Source: a virus (lineage: Duplodnaviria > Caudoviricetes). Taken from it: a stretch of DNA of 64,000 nucleotides. The stretch is taken from IMG/VR virus record IMGVR_UViG_2565956830_000005, positions 18,930 through 82,929 of that record; one strand, written 5' to 3'. A program made the position numbers and the translations under genes. The notes beneath the pieces are model-generated. The model was not told the DNA's origin and did no database searches. It worked only from the letters and a program-made list of their open reading frames with translations. Below, piece by piece: positions 17,619-26,336 of the stretch. Positions within the stretch are counted from its first letter, which is position 1. Each line of letters opens with the position of its first letter.

Positions 17619-18077
17619 TCACACGGCGGCGTGGGGGGCGATCAGGGGCAGCCGGTCCCGGGCCGACTGGGCGTAGACGGCGGACTGTTCGATGCCGATG
17701 AAGCCACGGTCCTCGAGGAGCGCGGCGGCATCGGTCGTGCCTGACCCGGCGAATATGTCGAGGACCGTGCCGCCCTGGGGGACGATGCGCACGAGTTGCT
17801 GCATGACCTCGACGGGTTTCTGCGTGATGTGGACGCGAGTGTTGCCGCGGGGCTGGCTGCCGGGGAAGTGGCCGGGCAGGTAGACGGGTTGGTTGCCGGG
17901 GACCATGGCGCCGTTGCTGCCCCAGAGGATGAACTCGCACTCCTGGCGGAGGCGGCCGGGCTGGGGGCGGGCGATGGGCTTGTGCCAGACGGCGACGCCG
18001 CGCCAGGTGTAGCCGGCGGCCTGGAGGGCGTCGGCGGTGGAGCCGATCTGCCGCCAGTCGGAGAAGACGAGGGCCGC
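17619..18077 (-). pseudogene. 5'-truncated N6/N4 DNA methyltransferase
   Basis: VWHKP, HITQKPVEVM and VLDIFAGSGTT present, catalytic DPPY half missing; conserved Gly/Pro replaced (GTTD, LLED, DIF). Confidence 0.8.
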
Positions 18078-18215
18078 TACTACGCCTACATCGCTGCGTG
18101 GCACGGCTGGCGGATCGTCCGATCTGACGACCGGCTGAACGATGAGGAGCTGGCCGCCAAGTACGACGTCGTCGAGGAGTACGTCCGGCGCCGCGCCGAG
18201 TTGCCCACCGCATGA
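18075..18215 (+). pseudogene. 3' remnant of a plus-strand gene
   Basis: RYYAYIAAWHGWRIVRSDDRLNDEELAAKYDVVEEYVRRRAELPTA-stop with gene-like codon usage, no start of its own, followed by a terminator. Confidence 0.5.
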
Positions 18216-18218
18216 CGA

Positions 18219-18247
18219 CGGCCCCGTCCTGGCCTGGGACGGGGCCG
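18219..18247. terminator. Bidirectional hairpin terminator
   Basis: CGGCCCCGTCCT-GGCCT-GGGACGGGGCCG between convergent ORFs. Confidence 0.7.
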
Positions 18248-18320
18248 CGCTACGATCTGTCTACCGCGCCATAGACGCTGGCGTGGGTGCTCCGCAGGGC
18301 GCGCTGACCGTAGTTGACCG

Positions 18321-19211
18321 TCAGGGTTCGTCGACGGCGACCGGGTTGTCGCCGAGCCAGCCGATGCGGGCGTCCACGTTCACCTCGGCCTCGCGCTGGC
18401 GCGGCGTGTGGGCCTGCTCTGCGGCCCGTCCGGTCTTCGTACGGCAGGGCTCGCCGCTGCCGGCCTCGCATCGTTCGCACTCGATCCGCAGGACCTCCTG
18501 CGCGATCGCCGCGTCCCGTTCCCGGGCCCGACGTTGTTGGGCGGTCTTCGATTCCCACGACTTCAACAGCGAGCCAGGGACACCGTCCATGCCTTCCGGG
18601 TACGTCAGCGTGGTGCTGGCCCAGGCACCGGTGCCGGCGAGGTGCAGCAGCTGGTTGGCGGTGGGAATGACGGCCGGACCGCCGAAGTCCTCCCGGTCCG
18701 TGTCCAACGCGGACGCGCCCCACTTGTCGCCGCTCGTGAACCCGGCGGCGAGGGGGATGTCGCCATCGATGATGCGCGCCACCTTGTGCAAGCGCTCGGC
18801 GCGCTCCCGGAGCGCGCGTGCTTCGCGGCGCAGGGCCTCGATGTCGTCGGCGAGTTCGACCGGGGTGTCGGGGGTCTCGGCGGCGCGGGCGAGCTGGTCG
18901 ATCCATACGGCGGCTGCGGAGCAGTGGACGGCGAGTTCATCGATCGTGATCCGGGGGCCGGCCATCAGGTGGCTGGTGGAGTCCTCAGCAGCGCCCTGCT
19001 GGCCGGGCAACGGGTGTTCGGGGGCGTCGACGACGGCGGAGAGCTGCTCGCCGCCGTCGCGGGTAAGACGCCGGCGCGGACTGCCGTGGTAGCCGAGCGC
19101 GGTGGCAGTCTTCTCCCAGACGAGCTGGGCGGCGTCGCGGTCGGCGGACAGAACGATGATCTCGGCTTGACCATCGTCCGGCAGAGGGCGGCTGGTGTCG
19201 GTGTGGTTCAA
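18321..19211 (-). CDS. Hypothetical protein with C-terminal phage zinc finger
   Basis: CERCEAGSGEPCRTKTGRAAEQAHTPR; TTG start with CAGGAG RBS. Confidence 0.7.
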   Translation of the reverse strand: MNHTDTSRPLPDDGQAEIIVLSADRDAAQLVWEKTATALGYHGSPRRRLTRDGGEQLSAVVDAPEHPLPGQQGAAEDSTSHLMAGPRITIDELAVHCSAAAVWIDQLARAAETPDTPVELADDIEALRREARALRERAERLHKVARIIDGDIPLAAGFTSGDKWGASALDTDREDFGGPAVIPTANQLLHLAGTGAWASTTLTYPEGMDGVPGSLLKSWESKTAQQRRARERDAAIAQEVLRIECERCEAGSGEPCRTKTGRAAEQAHTPRQREAEVNVDARIGWLGDNPVAVDEP

Positions 19212-19238
19212 CGTTGGTACTCCTGGTTGCGGCGGTGG

Positions 19239-19448
19239 TCAGTCGTCCGGGGCGGTGCAGCCGGCGTCCAGCTGCAGATAGGTGCGGCCGCCGTCGTAAG
19301 CGCGGGCCGATGTGGTGGTGAAGGCGGCGCGGAGGACGTCGAGGACGACCTGGGTGGTGGCTTCGTCAGCCATGATCCGGATGTCGGCGATGCCAGGGAG
19401 GTGCTGGCGCTCCTCGCGCTCCCGGCGCGGCCGGGATGTCCTGGGCAT
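19239..19448 (-). CDS. Hypothetical protein
   Basis: 69 aa, TGATG overlap, GGGAG RBS. Confidence 0.6.
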   Translation of the reverse strand: MPRTSRPRREREERQHLPGIADIRIMADEATTQVVLDVLRAAFTTTSARAYDGGRTYLQLDAGCTAPDD

Positions 19449-20053
19449 CAGTGGCTCCCTTCGCGGGTGTTGCGGATGAGGTGGTCGGTGTGGTGGGCGC
19501 CTGCGATGCAGCCCGGTTCGTCGCAGGTGCGCCAGACGCGGCCCTGGGGGTCGCGGCCGTGGTGTTTCCGGAAGGCGACGTGGCGGGCGTTGTGCCTGCG
19601 TCCGGCGGCCAGGAGGTCCGCGCTCCGGCCGCTGCGCGGTCCCGTCCACAGCACGTGTCCGCGTGCCGTGTCCTGGGCGTACAGGGCGAAGGCCTCGTCG
19701 ACGGTGCGCCGCTGGCCGGCCTGCTTGTCGTAGGAGGGGACGGGAATCCGGTGGCGTTTCCGCAGGTGGGAGATGCGGTTGGGGCTGAGCCGGAACTTGC
19801 TGCGGACCGCCTGGTACGAGGCGCCGCCTTGGAGTATGGCCACGGCCTGGTCCTCGAGGACGTCGAGTTCCGCCCGGGTGCGTTTGGCCCGCTCGGGCGG
19901 TACGGGGATGTGCCGCTCGGTGCGCACGCGCCGGATCCGGACGTAGCCGACGTTCAGCTCCTGCGCGACGGCGTCACAGGTCGCGCCGGCCTGGAGCATG
20001 GCGGCGATCCGGTCTTCGAGTTCCTGTTTCCAGTCCACTGGGCCGCCTGTCAC
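19448..20053 (-). CDS. Tandem HTH plus degenerate HNH/His-Me finger protein
   Basis: Two HTH-like repeats, then HVLWTG...ARHVAF...TCDEPGCIAGAH. Confidence 0.7.
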   Translation of the reverse strand: MTGGPVDWKQELEDRIAAMLQAGATCDAVAQELNVGYVRIRRVRTERHIPVPPERAKRTRAELDVLEDQAVAILQGGASYQAVRSKFRLSPNRISHLRKRHRIPVPSYDKQAGQRRTVDEAFALYAQDTARGHVLWTGPRSGRSADLLAAGRRHNARHVAFRKHHGRDPQGRVWRTCDEPGCIAGAHHTDHLIRNTREGSH

Positions 20054-20607
20054 TGGGAGCGGAAGGGGTTGGGGAGGTCTCCTGCCGCGATTGAGTGGAC
20101 GATCGCGGCGACCTCACGGGCGCCGTCCGGGGTGTCGGGCGCGTGGATGGTGAAGACGCGGGTGCGCGGGTTGTTGACCATCAGTTCCCAGCCGCTGTCC
20201 GCGTAGAGGGCGACGGCCAGGCCTGCCGCGTTGTCCCAGCCCCACCGGGGGCCGCCTTCGAGGGGCTCCACGGCCACGCCCATGCGGACGTGGGAGCCGG
20301 TGATGGTGAGCCCGGCCTCGGTGAATGCCTGCGTCAACGCGCGGTGGAGCTCGTTGATTTCGTCGAGCTGGCGGTTCGTCGTGGGCCGCCGGTACTTGTC
20401 GGCGGTGGCCTCGGCGGCTGCGGTGATGAGGCCACCGAGTCGGCCCAGGCGGTCTTCTCGGGGATGCCCGTGCGCGGCGGCGGTCTCGTGGAGGGCGTCG
20501 AGGAGGTGTGCGGCCTCGGCGATGACGCTCGGCACGTACAGGGCGCGCAGGCCCGCGTACCAGGTGGTGATCTTGTTGGTGGAGTGCTCGGTGGGTGGTG
20601 CTTGCAC
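20050..20607 (-). CDS. Hypothetical protein
   Basis: 185 aa, GAGGA RBS, GTGA overlap. Confidence 0.7.
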   Translation of the reverse strand: MQAPPTEHSTNKITTWYAGLRALYVPSVIAEAAHLLDALHETAAAHGHPREDRLGRLGGLITAAAEATADKYRRPTTNRQLDEINELHRALTQAFTEAGLTITGSHVRMGVAVEPLEGGPRWGWDNAAGLAVALYADSGWELMVNNPRTRVFTIHAPDTPDGAREVAAIVHSIAAGDLPNPFRSQ

Positions 20608-20623
20608 GGTGGTGGTCCTCTGG

Positions 20624-20854
20624 TCAGGTCGCCTTGATGATCAAGGCGATGACGATGACTGCGATCACCACGACGAGGATCCGGGCCTGTGCCAGGTCGA
20701 GCTGGTACGGCACCGGCTTGATGATCTCGCCGTAGGGGTGGTCGCCACCGTGCTGCTCATCGCGATGCTGCTGCCCGTGCCGCTCGGCTGCGACTTCGAG
20801 TGCGTACGGGCGCGAATCGGCCCGGCAGACGGGGCAGCTGTACAGGTGCGGCAT
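20624..20854 (-). CDS. Small zinc-finger protein with C-terminal TM helix
   Basis: CPVC...HRDEQH, then ILVVVIAVIVIALII. Confidence 0.75.
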   Translation of the reverse strand: MPHLYSCPVCRADSRPYALEVAAERHGQQHRDEQHGGDHPYGEIIKPVPYQLDLAQARILVVVIAVIVIALIIKAT

Positions 20855-20883
20855 TGCGTCCTGCTCTCAGGGTCGGGTGCAGG

Positions 20884-20929
20884 TGGTAGATAGAGCACGG
20901 TAGACGACCGGTAGATATGGGCGGTAGAT
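20884..20929. repeat. Four 8-bp direct repeats YGGTAGAY
   Basis: TGGTAGAT 20884, CGGTAGAC 20898, CGGTAGAT 20909, CGGTAGAT 20922; intergenic. Confidence 0.8.
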
Positions 20930-20947
20930 GTCGTTTGACCTGGGCTT

Positions 20948-22114
20948 CTACCCCCTTCCAGGAGAGGCCGGAGCAGGGTTGGGAGGAGGGGTGTGACCGG
21001 GGGTGCGGGTGGGGCCTCTGCGGCCCGCGAGCCAGGCGCCCAGGAGCCGCTCGAACGGGACCCCCTTCCGGGGGCCGGCGGGGGCCTCCTCCGCCCGGCC
21101 GGGGGCCACTCCCGCCACCGGCCCGGGGGCCCCCTCGGGCGATGCCTCGGGGAGGCTCTCCGTGGGAGGCACCGGGAGTACCCCGGGAGCGGGCTCTGGC
21201 GCGTGGTTCTGTGAGGCCTCGGCGAGCAGCTGGGCGACGCTGTTGGTCGCGGCGGTCAGCGGCGCCCCGAGAGCGGCCACGAGTTCGTCGGCGTGGACCC
21301 CATGGGTCGGTCCCCGGCCGCTCCCTCGGATCTGCATCGTCTTGACGGGGATACCGAGACGGGCGCAGTGCTCCCGCAGCGCCTCCACCGTCCACGCCTC
21401 GGGGACCGCCCCCTCATCGATGAGCGTCGCCAAGTGAACGCCCCTACGCCCCTCCGTCACGGCGGCAGAGACCCGGGCGCAGACGAGGTGCAGCAGCCAC
21501 AGGCCGGCCGCGCGGACCTGCGCCGTGTCCGGCGCGGCGGACCGCGCTTCCCCGGCCTGCGGCCCTGTTTCCCCACCGGCCGCCGGCTCCGTGCTGGCCG
21601 TGCGTCGGCCGTTCTTGTCGTACTGGGCGGTCAGCCACGCGGCCACGGCCCACCACACGGCCACCCACGGCAGCAGGGCGGCGAGATCCGGAGCCACGGC
21701 GTGCCAGCCGCGCTCGATGGGCCGGTGAGTGAAGCAGTAGACGACCCAGGCGGCGAACGCCACGCCGATCAACTTGTTGGGTGCCAGCAGCGCCGCCGCA
21801 GTCCAGCTGTTCTTCTTGCCGCCCTTGGCCTTCGCGGTGGCCGGCTTCCCCTGCTCCCCGTCTGCCGGCTTCCCTCCTGGAACACCAGCCCCGGCCAGCA
21901 TGTCTCCTTCCCCGACCGCGCTGCTCTTCGCCGGCTTGTTCTTCTCCTTGCCCTTCCCGCTGCTCTTGGCCGACGCGCGCCCGGGTAGATGCCGCGCGCC
22001 CTGGCACGCCCGCTGCACACCGCCCACGAGGCGGCGCGCCAGCAGGCCGCTACCACGCACTTCGTCCCCGACGAGGACCACCAGGGCGCGCCAGACACTG
22101 ATCGTGATCTTCAT
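20948..22114 (-). CDS. Two-TM membrane protein with C-terminal putative winged helix
   Basis: TMs LIGVAFAAWVVYCF and LLPWVAVWWAVAAWL; GVHLATL...WTVEALREHCARLGIPVKTMQI...GPTHGVHADEL; TGATG overlap at the start. Confidence 0.7.
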   Translation of the reverse strand: MKITISVWRALVVLVGDEVRGSGLLARRLVGGVQRACQGARHLPGRASAKSSGKGKEKNKPAKSSAVGEGDMLAGAGVPGGKPADGEQGKPATAKAKGGKKNSWTAAALLAPNKLIGVAFAAWVVYCFTHRPIERGWHAVAPDLAALLPWVAVWWAVAAWLTAQYDKNGRRTASTEPAAGGETGPQAGEARSAAPDTAQVRAAGLWLLHLVCARVSAAVTEGRRGVHLATLIDEGAVPEAWTVEALREHCARLGIPVKTMQIRGSGRGPTHGVHADELVAALGAPLTAATNSVAQLLAEASQNHAPEPAPGVLPVPPTESLPEASPEGAPGPVAGVAPGRAEEAPAGPRKGVPFERLLGAWLAGRRGPTRTPGHTPPPNPAPASPGRG

Positions 22115-22566
22115 CAGTTGCCGGTCCAGTGAGAGATGGTGATCCGGAACGCGTTGAGGACGACTGCGCAGACACCGCCGGCTTCCACCAGAGAGGCCGA
22201 GGCCATGAGCGCGAGGACCGCGGTGAGTCCCTTGCGGTTCCCCAGAGGGTGGAAGTAGGCGGTGAGTCCCAGGCAGGCGCCGAGGCCGGCCGGTCCGAGT
22301 GCTGGGATGCCGGCGCCGTCGAGGGCCGATGACGGAATCGTGCCGATCCCGGTGATGACATCGGCCCAGCTGTTCCCGGCGGCGAGGAACATCGTGCCGG
22401 TGAGGATGCCGAAGACCGCGATGCGTTCCTTGGTGTTGATCTTGACGTGGTTTCCCACGCCCAGCCACAAGAGCACGCCCATCACGGCAGCGATCCCGGA
22501 CAGAGTCCAGGAACCGGCCCAGTTGCCCTTGGCCAGGTCAGCGGTGGGAGAAGCGAGGGTGTACAT
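22114..22566 (-). CDS. Multi-pass membrane protein
   Basis: 150 aa, about four Gly-rich hydrophobic segments. Confidence 0.75.
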   Translation of the reverse strand: MYTLASPTADLAKGNWAGSWTLSGIAAVMGVLLWLGVGNHVKINTKERIAVFGILTGTMFLAAGNSWADVITGIGTIPSSALDGAGIPALGPAGLGACLGLTAYFHPLGNRKGLTAVLALMASASLVEAGGVCAVVLNAFRITISHWTGN

Positions 22567-22577
22567 CGTGGGGCCTT

Positions 22578-23705
22578 TCAGCGCGGGCCAGGGCCGTACC
22601 AGGCGACGGCGACAAGAGCGGATGCCAGGGGAACGCGGACGAACCAGCGCACGAGCGCCGGTGAGGCCTTGAAACGCCTGTCGATCAGCCAGTACAGGCC
22701 CCCGCAGATCGCGGCCGACGTCGACAGGAGCGCGATGCCGGAGGCGTCCAGGCCGGCATAGGCGCCGTACTGGTTGAGGATCTGCACCCCGTCCGGCGCC
22801 AGCCCGGGCGCCACGTACGCGGCGAACACTGAGGCCACGACGCGGCCGATGATCCCGCCGGGCAGATACCGGACGACGCCCTGCACACCGAGGACGCGCC
22901 AGGTGCCGTAGCCGCCGGCGCAGGCGAGGGTCAGGCCGATGGCGTCGGTGGCTTGGTGGTCGGCGGCCGGGAGGAACGCGCCGATCGCGTCGACCAGGCC
23001 GATGACGTACCCGAAAGCGCCGGCGGACGCGGTGAACAGGAGCGGCTTGACGTAGCTCCGGCTCGGGGTCGCCTGCAGTGTGGGTGTTTTGCCGGACGGT
23101 GTCTTCTTCCGGCCGCCCGGACGCCCGGGTTTGCTCGGTGCGGCCGGGCGGCTGCTGGGCACTTCGGCGTCCAGGTCGGGGATGTCGAGTTGCTCGTCGC
23201 AGTCCAGGCAGATCGACGCGACGTGCTCCCCGGTGGGCTGGGCGTGGACGGGCACGGTGCGCGCGTGTGGGCAGTCCGGCGGCTCTGTCTGTTCCGGCTG
23301 TGCAGGCCTGTTGAGCCTTTTCCGCCACCACTCGGGGAGCAGGTCGGCCCCTCGCAGACGCAGAGGATCCACGTCGTCCTCCTCCTGGTCGTCATCGTCG
23401 TCCGGTATCTGAGCGGCGGTGGCTGCCGGTGCCGTAGGAGGTGCGGGCTGTGCGGGAGGCATGGGCGGTGCGGCAGGTGCGGTCGGTGCCCGGAAGCCGG
23501 GAGGGCTGCTGAGCATGGTGGGCGCGGGCGGTGTGGCAGGCGCGGGCGGCATCGGCGGGGCGCTGGGTGCCGGGGGTGTGCTGGGCGCAGGCGGTGGCTT
23601 GTTGGGCACCGTGGGTGTACTGGGTGCCGGCAGCGGCCGGTACCCCAGGAAGTCCATCCACCAGTCGTCCGGATCCGGTGCACCAGGCTGCGCGCTGCCA
23701 CTCAC
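22578..23705 (-). CDS. Pro-rich protein with CPH...CxxC motif and C-terminal TM helices
   Basis: GTGA overlap start; PAP repeats, acidic patch, four to five hydrophobic segments. Confidence 0.7.
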   Translation of the reverse strand: MSGSAQPGAPDPDDWWMDFLGYRPLPAPSTPTVPNKPPPAPSTPPAPSAPPMPPAPATPPAPTMLSSPPGFRAPTAPAAPPMPPAQPAPPTAPAATAAQIPDDDDDQEEDDVDPLRLRGADLLPEWWRKRLNRPAQPEQTEPPDCPHARTVPVHAQPTGEHVASICLDCDEQLDIPDLDAEVPSSRPAAPSKPGRPGGRKKTPSGKTPTLQATPSRSYVKPLLFTASAGAFGYVIGLVDAIGAFLPAADHQATDAIGLTLACAGGYGTWRVLGVQGVVRYLPGGIIGRVVASVFAAYVAPGLAPDGVQILNQYGAYAGLDASGIALLSTSAAICGGLYWLIDRRFKASPALVRWFVRVPLASALVAVAWYGPGPR

Positions 23706-23884
23706 CACGGAACCCCCAAGCCCAGCCCGTAGGTGACCAGCAGGAGTTCGGCGACTGCGTACCCGGCGCAGTAGAGCAGGTCGCGGAGGTTGTGATTGCC
23801 TGCGGCCCGCGCGGCGTGGCCGATGGCGCAGGCGCCCAGGCCCGCTGCGAGCAGGAAGCCAAAGATTTGGGTGAAGGGCGGCAT
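23702..23884 (-). CDS. Small two-TM protein
   Basis: 60 aa, TAAGGA RBS. Confidence 0.7.
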   Translation of the reverse strand: MPPFTQIFGFLLAAGLGACAIGHAARAAGNHNLRDLLYCAGYAVAELLLVTYGLGLGVPW

Positions 23885-23893
23885 GGCGTGTCC

Positions 23894-24121
23894 TTAGTGC
23901 AGGAGTGTGGCGGCGGTGGTGCAGGCTGCCGCGGTAGCGGAGAGGGTGGCTGCCGTACGGGCGCGTCCGCGCGCGCAGGCCAGCAGTGCGAGGGCGATGG
24001 CCGCACCGTCGGTGCATACGGCGGCCTGAGGAGTCGTCAGGCCGGCCAGTACGCACCAGTGCCAGCCCTCGCAGACCAGCGCCACGACGTTCTTGTCGGG
24101 CTCGGCCTCCGGCGGCGTCAT
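23894..24121 (-). CDS. Small hydrophobic protein
   Basis: 75 aa, ATGA overlap with the upstream ORF. Confidence 0.55.
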   Translation of the reverse strand: MTPPEAEPDKNVVALVCEGWHWCVLAGLTTPQAAVCTDGAAIALALLACARGRARTAATLSATAAACTTAATLLH

Positions 24122-24246
24122 TGCGGGGTCCAGCAGACGACGGCAAGGACCATCGCGGCGATGACCGCGACGAGGGCGTACTGCCGCAGCGCGCCGCTGC
24201 GCGTGTCCAGGGCGACGAGGCCCGCGGCCGGAATGACGTAGGACAT
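24118..24246 (-). CDS. 42-aa TM micro-protein (not in ORF track)
   Basis: MSYVIPAAGLVALDTRSGALRQYALVAVIAAMVLAVVCWTPQ; ATGA overlap with the next gene. Confidence 0.5.
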   Translation of the reverse strand: MSYVIPAAGLVALDTRSGALRQYALVAVIAAMVLAVVCWTPQ

Positions 24247-24295
24247 TCAGGGGCTTCCGGGTTGCGGGGCCGCGGTGCACGCCCCGGTGTGCAGG

Positions 24296-26293
24296 TCAGG
24301 TAGGGCATGGCACGGCCAGTTCGGGGCGCGGCAGCGTGTAGCCCCCGGCAATGAGGTCCGCGGCTTCCTTACGGCGCTCGGAGGCGGTGGAGACGGACAC
24401 TCCGAGAGCACCGGCGATGACGTCCAGCTGGATCGCGTCTGGGTCCCCGGCACCGTCGGTGAGGATCATGCGGGCGACCCTGCGGGCGTCCCGCTCGCGC
24501 GGGGTGAGGCGGGCGTGGTCTTCCATTTCGACCGCGAGAGCCTCGGCTTCGGCAACCCGGCGGCGCATTCCGACCGCGTCGAGCCGGACCGTCTCCGCGG
24601 CGGCCGCTTCCTCGGCCGCACGCCGTTCCGCGAGGGCCGCTTCCTCGCTGATCTTGGCCCTACGGCGGCGCGCTTCGGCGTTGGCCAGCTCCGCTTCGAC
24701 CGCACGACGGTCCGTTTCGGCAGCAGCCGCTCGCGTTCCGGCCGCGCGCCTTTCCATTTCGGCCGCAGCCTCCAGACGCCGGCTGTTCTCGACCGATTGG
24801 TCGGCGGCCTGACGCTGTTCGGCGGCGAGCTGCTGCTCCGTTCCGAGGGCACGCTGGCGCGTTCCGAGGGCAGCGGCCCGCGCATCGGCAGCTTCCTTCT
24901 CCCGTCGGGCGGCCTCGACCTCGAGGCGCTCCGTTTCGGCCAGCGCTACGGCGGTCTCCTCGTCGGCCAGGGCCGCCATGTGGCGGTCGGCAGCAGCCGC
25001 GGCCTCGAGCTGCTCGGCTTGCTGCGCCTTGGTCGCGGCGGCGAGCCGGTCCTCGGCGGCCTGGAGCTGGGCTGCGGCGGCGGTCGCCGACTCGAGAGCC
25101 TCCGCCTCCTGGACAGCGACGCGTTCCTCGGCTTCGGCCACAGCGGTGGCCTTGGCGTACGCGGAGCGGGCAGCGACCGAAGCGACCGACTTCCGGGCAT
25201 CGAGCCCTTCCTCGGCCTCGGCAACCTCGGCCTGCTTCGCGAGGAGCAGGATCCTGGCGTCCGCGGTCCGGATCTGGGCGGCGAGCGCCTCCTGCTCCTG
25301 GCGCTCCTCCTGCTCCCGCTCGCGCTGCTGCTCGGCGGCGCGGGCCTGCTCGGGGATGGCGAGGGCCTCGTCGACGGTCAGCCCGTACGGCGCCATGATC
25401 ATGGGGAGGCGGGCCTCCATCGGGGCGCTCTTCCAGCCCTTGGGGTACTGCTTCCCCTTGGGGTAGATGCGGTCGAGTGCAGCCCGGTAGATGAGCTGGT
25501 CACGGCGCCTGTCTACCGCCTCGTCGTACGACCGGATCCCCAGGAGGACCATCCGCCGGTGGAGGCTGAAGGAGCCGGCCGGATCGAGGATCCAGCGCTC
25601 GAGAGGGATGCCGTCGCGGCGGGTGCCGGCGGCGACGTCCTCGGCGCGGGTGACCTGGATGATGACCCGCCGGGCAGCCTCGACCGCGGTCACGAACATG
25701 ACCGGGATGACCGCGTGCATCCCGACACCGACAGGGTCCGCGCTCAGCGGGCGGCCACCGGACGCGGCGTTGAAGACGATCGTCGCGACCGTGAAGCCGT
25801 GCGCTGCGAGGCGGAGGATGGGCCAGCGGATCCGGCGGTGGGTGAGGACGAGGTCCAGGGCGTAGAGGACGACGATGCCGACGTCGACACCGACCGGGAA
25901 GACCTGCGCGAACTCGCCAAAATGGTGCGCCTCGCCCAGCTTCACGAGGGACCGGTAGGAGCCGGTGAAGCCGATCCCGGCGAGGACCAGGCCGCCGATG
26001 ACCGCGAACACGTTGAGGCCCCTGCGGGCTGCTCCCGAAACAGCGTCCGACGTACCCGGAACGCCGGGGGCCGTCGTCGGAACGGCACCCGGCGCCTCCG
26101 GAACGGCCACCTCTTTCCCACGCTCGACGCGCGGTTGGAAGCGCGCGACGGGGACCTTGGGGCGGCCGTGGCCGGGCGCGGCCGGAACGGATTCCGGCGC
26201 GCTCGGAACGCTGCGGTGCGGGGTCGGAACGGCCGCCTGCGTCCTCGGAACAGAGCCGCCGCGCCAGAGTGTGAGGCGTGTGAGGAGAGTCAT
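24296..26293 (-). CDS. DUF2637 membrane protein with long coiled coil and C-terminal HTH (Spd-like)
   Basis: GIGFTGSYRSL..LGEAHHF...FPVGVDVGIV...ATIVFNAA...MHAVIP; Ala/Glu heptads; IQLDVIAGALGVSVSTASERRKEA. Confidence 0.85.
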   Translation of the reverse strand: MTLLTRLTLWRGGSVPRTQAAVPTPHRSVPSAPESVPAAPGHGRPKVPVARFQPRVERGKEVAVPEAPGAVPTTAPGVPGTSDAVSGAARRGLNVFAVIGGLVLAGIGFTGSYRSLVKLGEAHHFGEFAQVFPVGVDVGIVVLYALDLVLTHRRIRWPILRLAAHGFTVATIVFNAASGGRPLSADPVGVGMHAVIPVMFVTAVEAARRVIIQVTRAEDVAAGTRRDGIPLERWILDPAGSFSLHRRMVLLGIRSYDEAVDRRRDQLIYRAALDRIYPKGKQYPKGWKSAPMEARLPMIMAPYGLTVDEALAIPEQARAAEQQREREQEERQEQEALAAQIRTADARILLLAKQAEVAEAEEGLDARKSVASVAARSAYAKATAVAEAEERVAVQEAEALESATAAAAQLQAAEDRLAAATKAQQAEQLEAAAAADRHMAALADEETAVALAETERLEVEAARREKEAADARAAALGTRQRALGTEQQLAAEQRQAADQSVENSRRLEAAAEMERRAAGTRAAAAETDRRAVEAELANAEARRRRAKISEEAALAERRAAEEAAAAETVRLDAVGMRRRVAEAEALAVEMEDHARLTPRERDARRVARMILTDGAGDPDAIQLDVIAGALGVSVSTASERRKEAADLIAGGYTLPRPELAVPCPT
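26036..26251. repeat. CGGAAC motif array with 21-bp phasing inside the DUF2637 gene
   Basis: GGAAC at 26058, 26079, 26100, 26184, 26205, 26226, 26247; variant GAAAC at 26037. Confidence 0.8.
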
Positions 26294-26336
26294 GGAAGGC
26301 CCTTCCGATGAACGAGGACGCAGGGAATGGGAACGG

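Noticed and set aside
23420-23630. Pro/Ala repeats as a DNA repeat element
   Set aside because: Imperfect PAP(S/T/A) low-complexity linker within a CDS, with no fixed nucleotide unit.
26036-26251. CRISPR-like periodicity
   Set aside because: The conserved unit is only 6 bp with a 21-bp period, lies inside a CDS, and there are no cas genes.
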